From Camelus dromedarius (Eukaryota): 64,000 bases of DNA. The notes below the pieces were generated by a model, which saw nothing but the letters and a program-made list of their open reading frames with translations, did no database searches and was not told the origin of the DNA. The stretch is taken from the NCBI RefSeq assembly GCF_036321535.1, contig NC_087437.1, positions 72,108,001 to 72,172,000 on the forward strand, in the 5' to 3' direction. Made by a program: the position numbers and the translations under genes. Below, piece by piece: positions 62,355 through 64,000 of the stretch (within the stretch, counting starts at the first letter, position 1; the number at the start of each line of letters is the position of its first letter).

Positions 62355-63259
62355 AAGAAATGTTGAGACTTATCAAATACAATATAATTCAGTTAATGAA
62401 TTTAAGTTTTTTTCCATCTTGCTTTAGATCTTAGAATTAGAGTGTTAGTGCTAAATGAAAACTTAAAGAGCATATTTTCAGTTGTAGCTGCTGAAAGTCT
62501 GACATACTCAAGCATTCAAAAGAAGGAATCCCTTGAAGACACTCTTTTGCTACTGCTACCACCTATCTCTGTCTTTGTCTGTCTGTGTCTCTGTGTCTCT
62601 CTCCTTTGACGATTCTACTTCCCCTAGATAAGAAAGAGATTTTTGTCACCCTCCTCTTCACCACTCAAACCCTTACAGTGTCCAGGACTCTCTAGGTGCC
62701 TCAGTCCTGGACTGGGTGCTCTTCAACTCAGGTTTTGCTGACTATAGAGGGGGAGGGTTTGGATTCTACTCAATGAGAGAAAGCAAAAGTGGAGGCTCCA
62801 TTTCATTTGTGTCTACTTATCACCTGAGTGATAAGGTTTATTTTCTTGCTGATTTGCCCTAGAAGCTTTGCCAAAATGAGTATTCATTTTGGGAGGAGAC
62901 AACAGAGTCTAGTTGCATAAGATGAATAAATATTCCTTTTGATATCAAGATTTTGACCCTGCCTCTTGTGAAAACATTATCTTAATAACCTTAATAATGT
63001 GATCTGGTGACTGTAGACTCTTTCTGTCATTCTGAAAGGTTAGAAGCAGCTCTAGGAGGACAGAGAACAGGGTTTTTCCTACTTTGTTAACTGCCATATC
63101 CCTCGTGTATAGGACAGGGCTAAGTACAAAGTATAGCTCAATATGTATTGGTTGAAATAATGAATTTGTTTATCTTTCAAAATTTCCATCCTTCTCTCTG
63201 CCCATTAGAAGGAACTTTAAAATTCATTCTGCAATATATATGCTTGCACATGCATGCAT

Positions 63260-63290
<31 letters not shown>

Positions 63291-63302
63291 CACGCACACA
63301 CA
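63260..63302. repeat. Imperfect (CA)n microsatellite
   Basis: Direct reading. Confidence 0.95.
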
Positions 63303-64000
63303 TGCAGAGTTTGGATCTTTCTTTGCCAGGTCTCTTTCCAGAGGTTCTTAGGCCCAGGCTGCTTTTGGTTCCTAGGGACCACTGGCTGGATGCAGAGAAG
63401 TACATAATTTACTTTACAGCTGAAGATAAGCATATCCAACTAAGCAAATGGGGAGGTAAATCTTGTGAAGACATGATAGACAATCTAAGTATGTTATCTA
63501 TCTTAAGAGACTTTGTAGAGAGGGTGAATTAGGGTATACAGCCATTGGGATGGAGCAAGTTGGACATCAAATAAAAAAAGAATGTTCCAAGTATAGTATG
63601 GGAGAGTCAAATTCTGGAGTAATCTTCAGATCCCAAGAAGCAGCCATGGCTTTTACAGGTGACTGTGGCCTCAGTGTGGGCAAGGAGAGTAAAGACAACC
63701 TGGTGTAGTTATAAATATTAAAAAGGAGGGCCAACTTCACTAAAATCTACCAGTCCACAGGGGGTAAAGAAGCTTTAATTATTTCTTAAGGTTTCGATCG
63801 ATTCAGAAAGTGACTTGTCAAGTAAAGAAAAATCCAACTAAACTGCTATATCAGCCAGGAAAGCCCAGCCCATGGCAGGCAGTCCAGTATTACTAATTTA
63901 ATACAGGGAACTAGTTACATAGGGGATGGGAAAGCTGAGAAACCAAATAAGGTCTTAAAGAGTGGCAACTCAAAGATGAGTCACAGCTGGAAGATACTAC

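Noticed and set aside
36300..64000. Many 60-120 aa ORFs as additional genes or more CD200R copies
   Set aside because: No recognisable domains, no Ig-like cysteine and tryptophan pattern, and no consistent exon chain. Many overlap repeats or microsatellites. Non-coding transcripts cannot be excluded.
1..64000. CRISPR arrays, operons or other prokaryotic systems
   Set aside because: The sequence is mammalian, with spliced exons and LINE/SINE/LTR content, and I saw no repeat-spacer array.

Overview
This is mammalian genomic DNA, AT-rich and dense in repeats. Two tRNA-derived SINEs and a young L1 family point to a camelid (inference). The window covers part of the CD200 receptor paired-receptor locus, all on the + strand. 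(1) The last three coding exons of an inhibitory CD200R1 (1447-1549 transmembrane, 2545-2590, 3229-3324) keep the three cytoplasmic tyrosines and the NPLY motif, but end at an apparently premature TAA. (2) A complete CD200R1L-like activating paralog spans 24332-~35176. Its Ig-V, Ig-C2 and lysine-containing transmembrane exons are open and have canonical splice sites, but the signal-peptide exon has two in-frame TAG stops, so it is probably a recent pseudogene. The most interesting signal is not in the ORF track: two relic cytoplasmic exons (32299-32343 and 35060-35176) behind a duplicated splice acceptor. Restoring one base and one donor GT gives the DAP12-type receptor a long tail with three tyrosines, ending in YVNL. 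From about 36 kb to 64 kb I see no gene, only L1, L2, MIR, LTR and DNA-transposon relics. Most ORFs in the track are L1 fragments or chance frames. All family names come from recalled consensus sequences, not from a database search.
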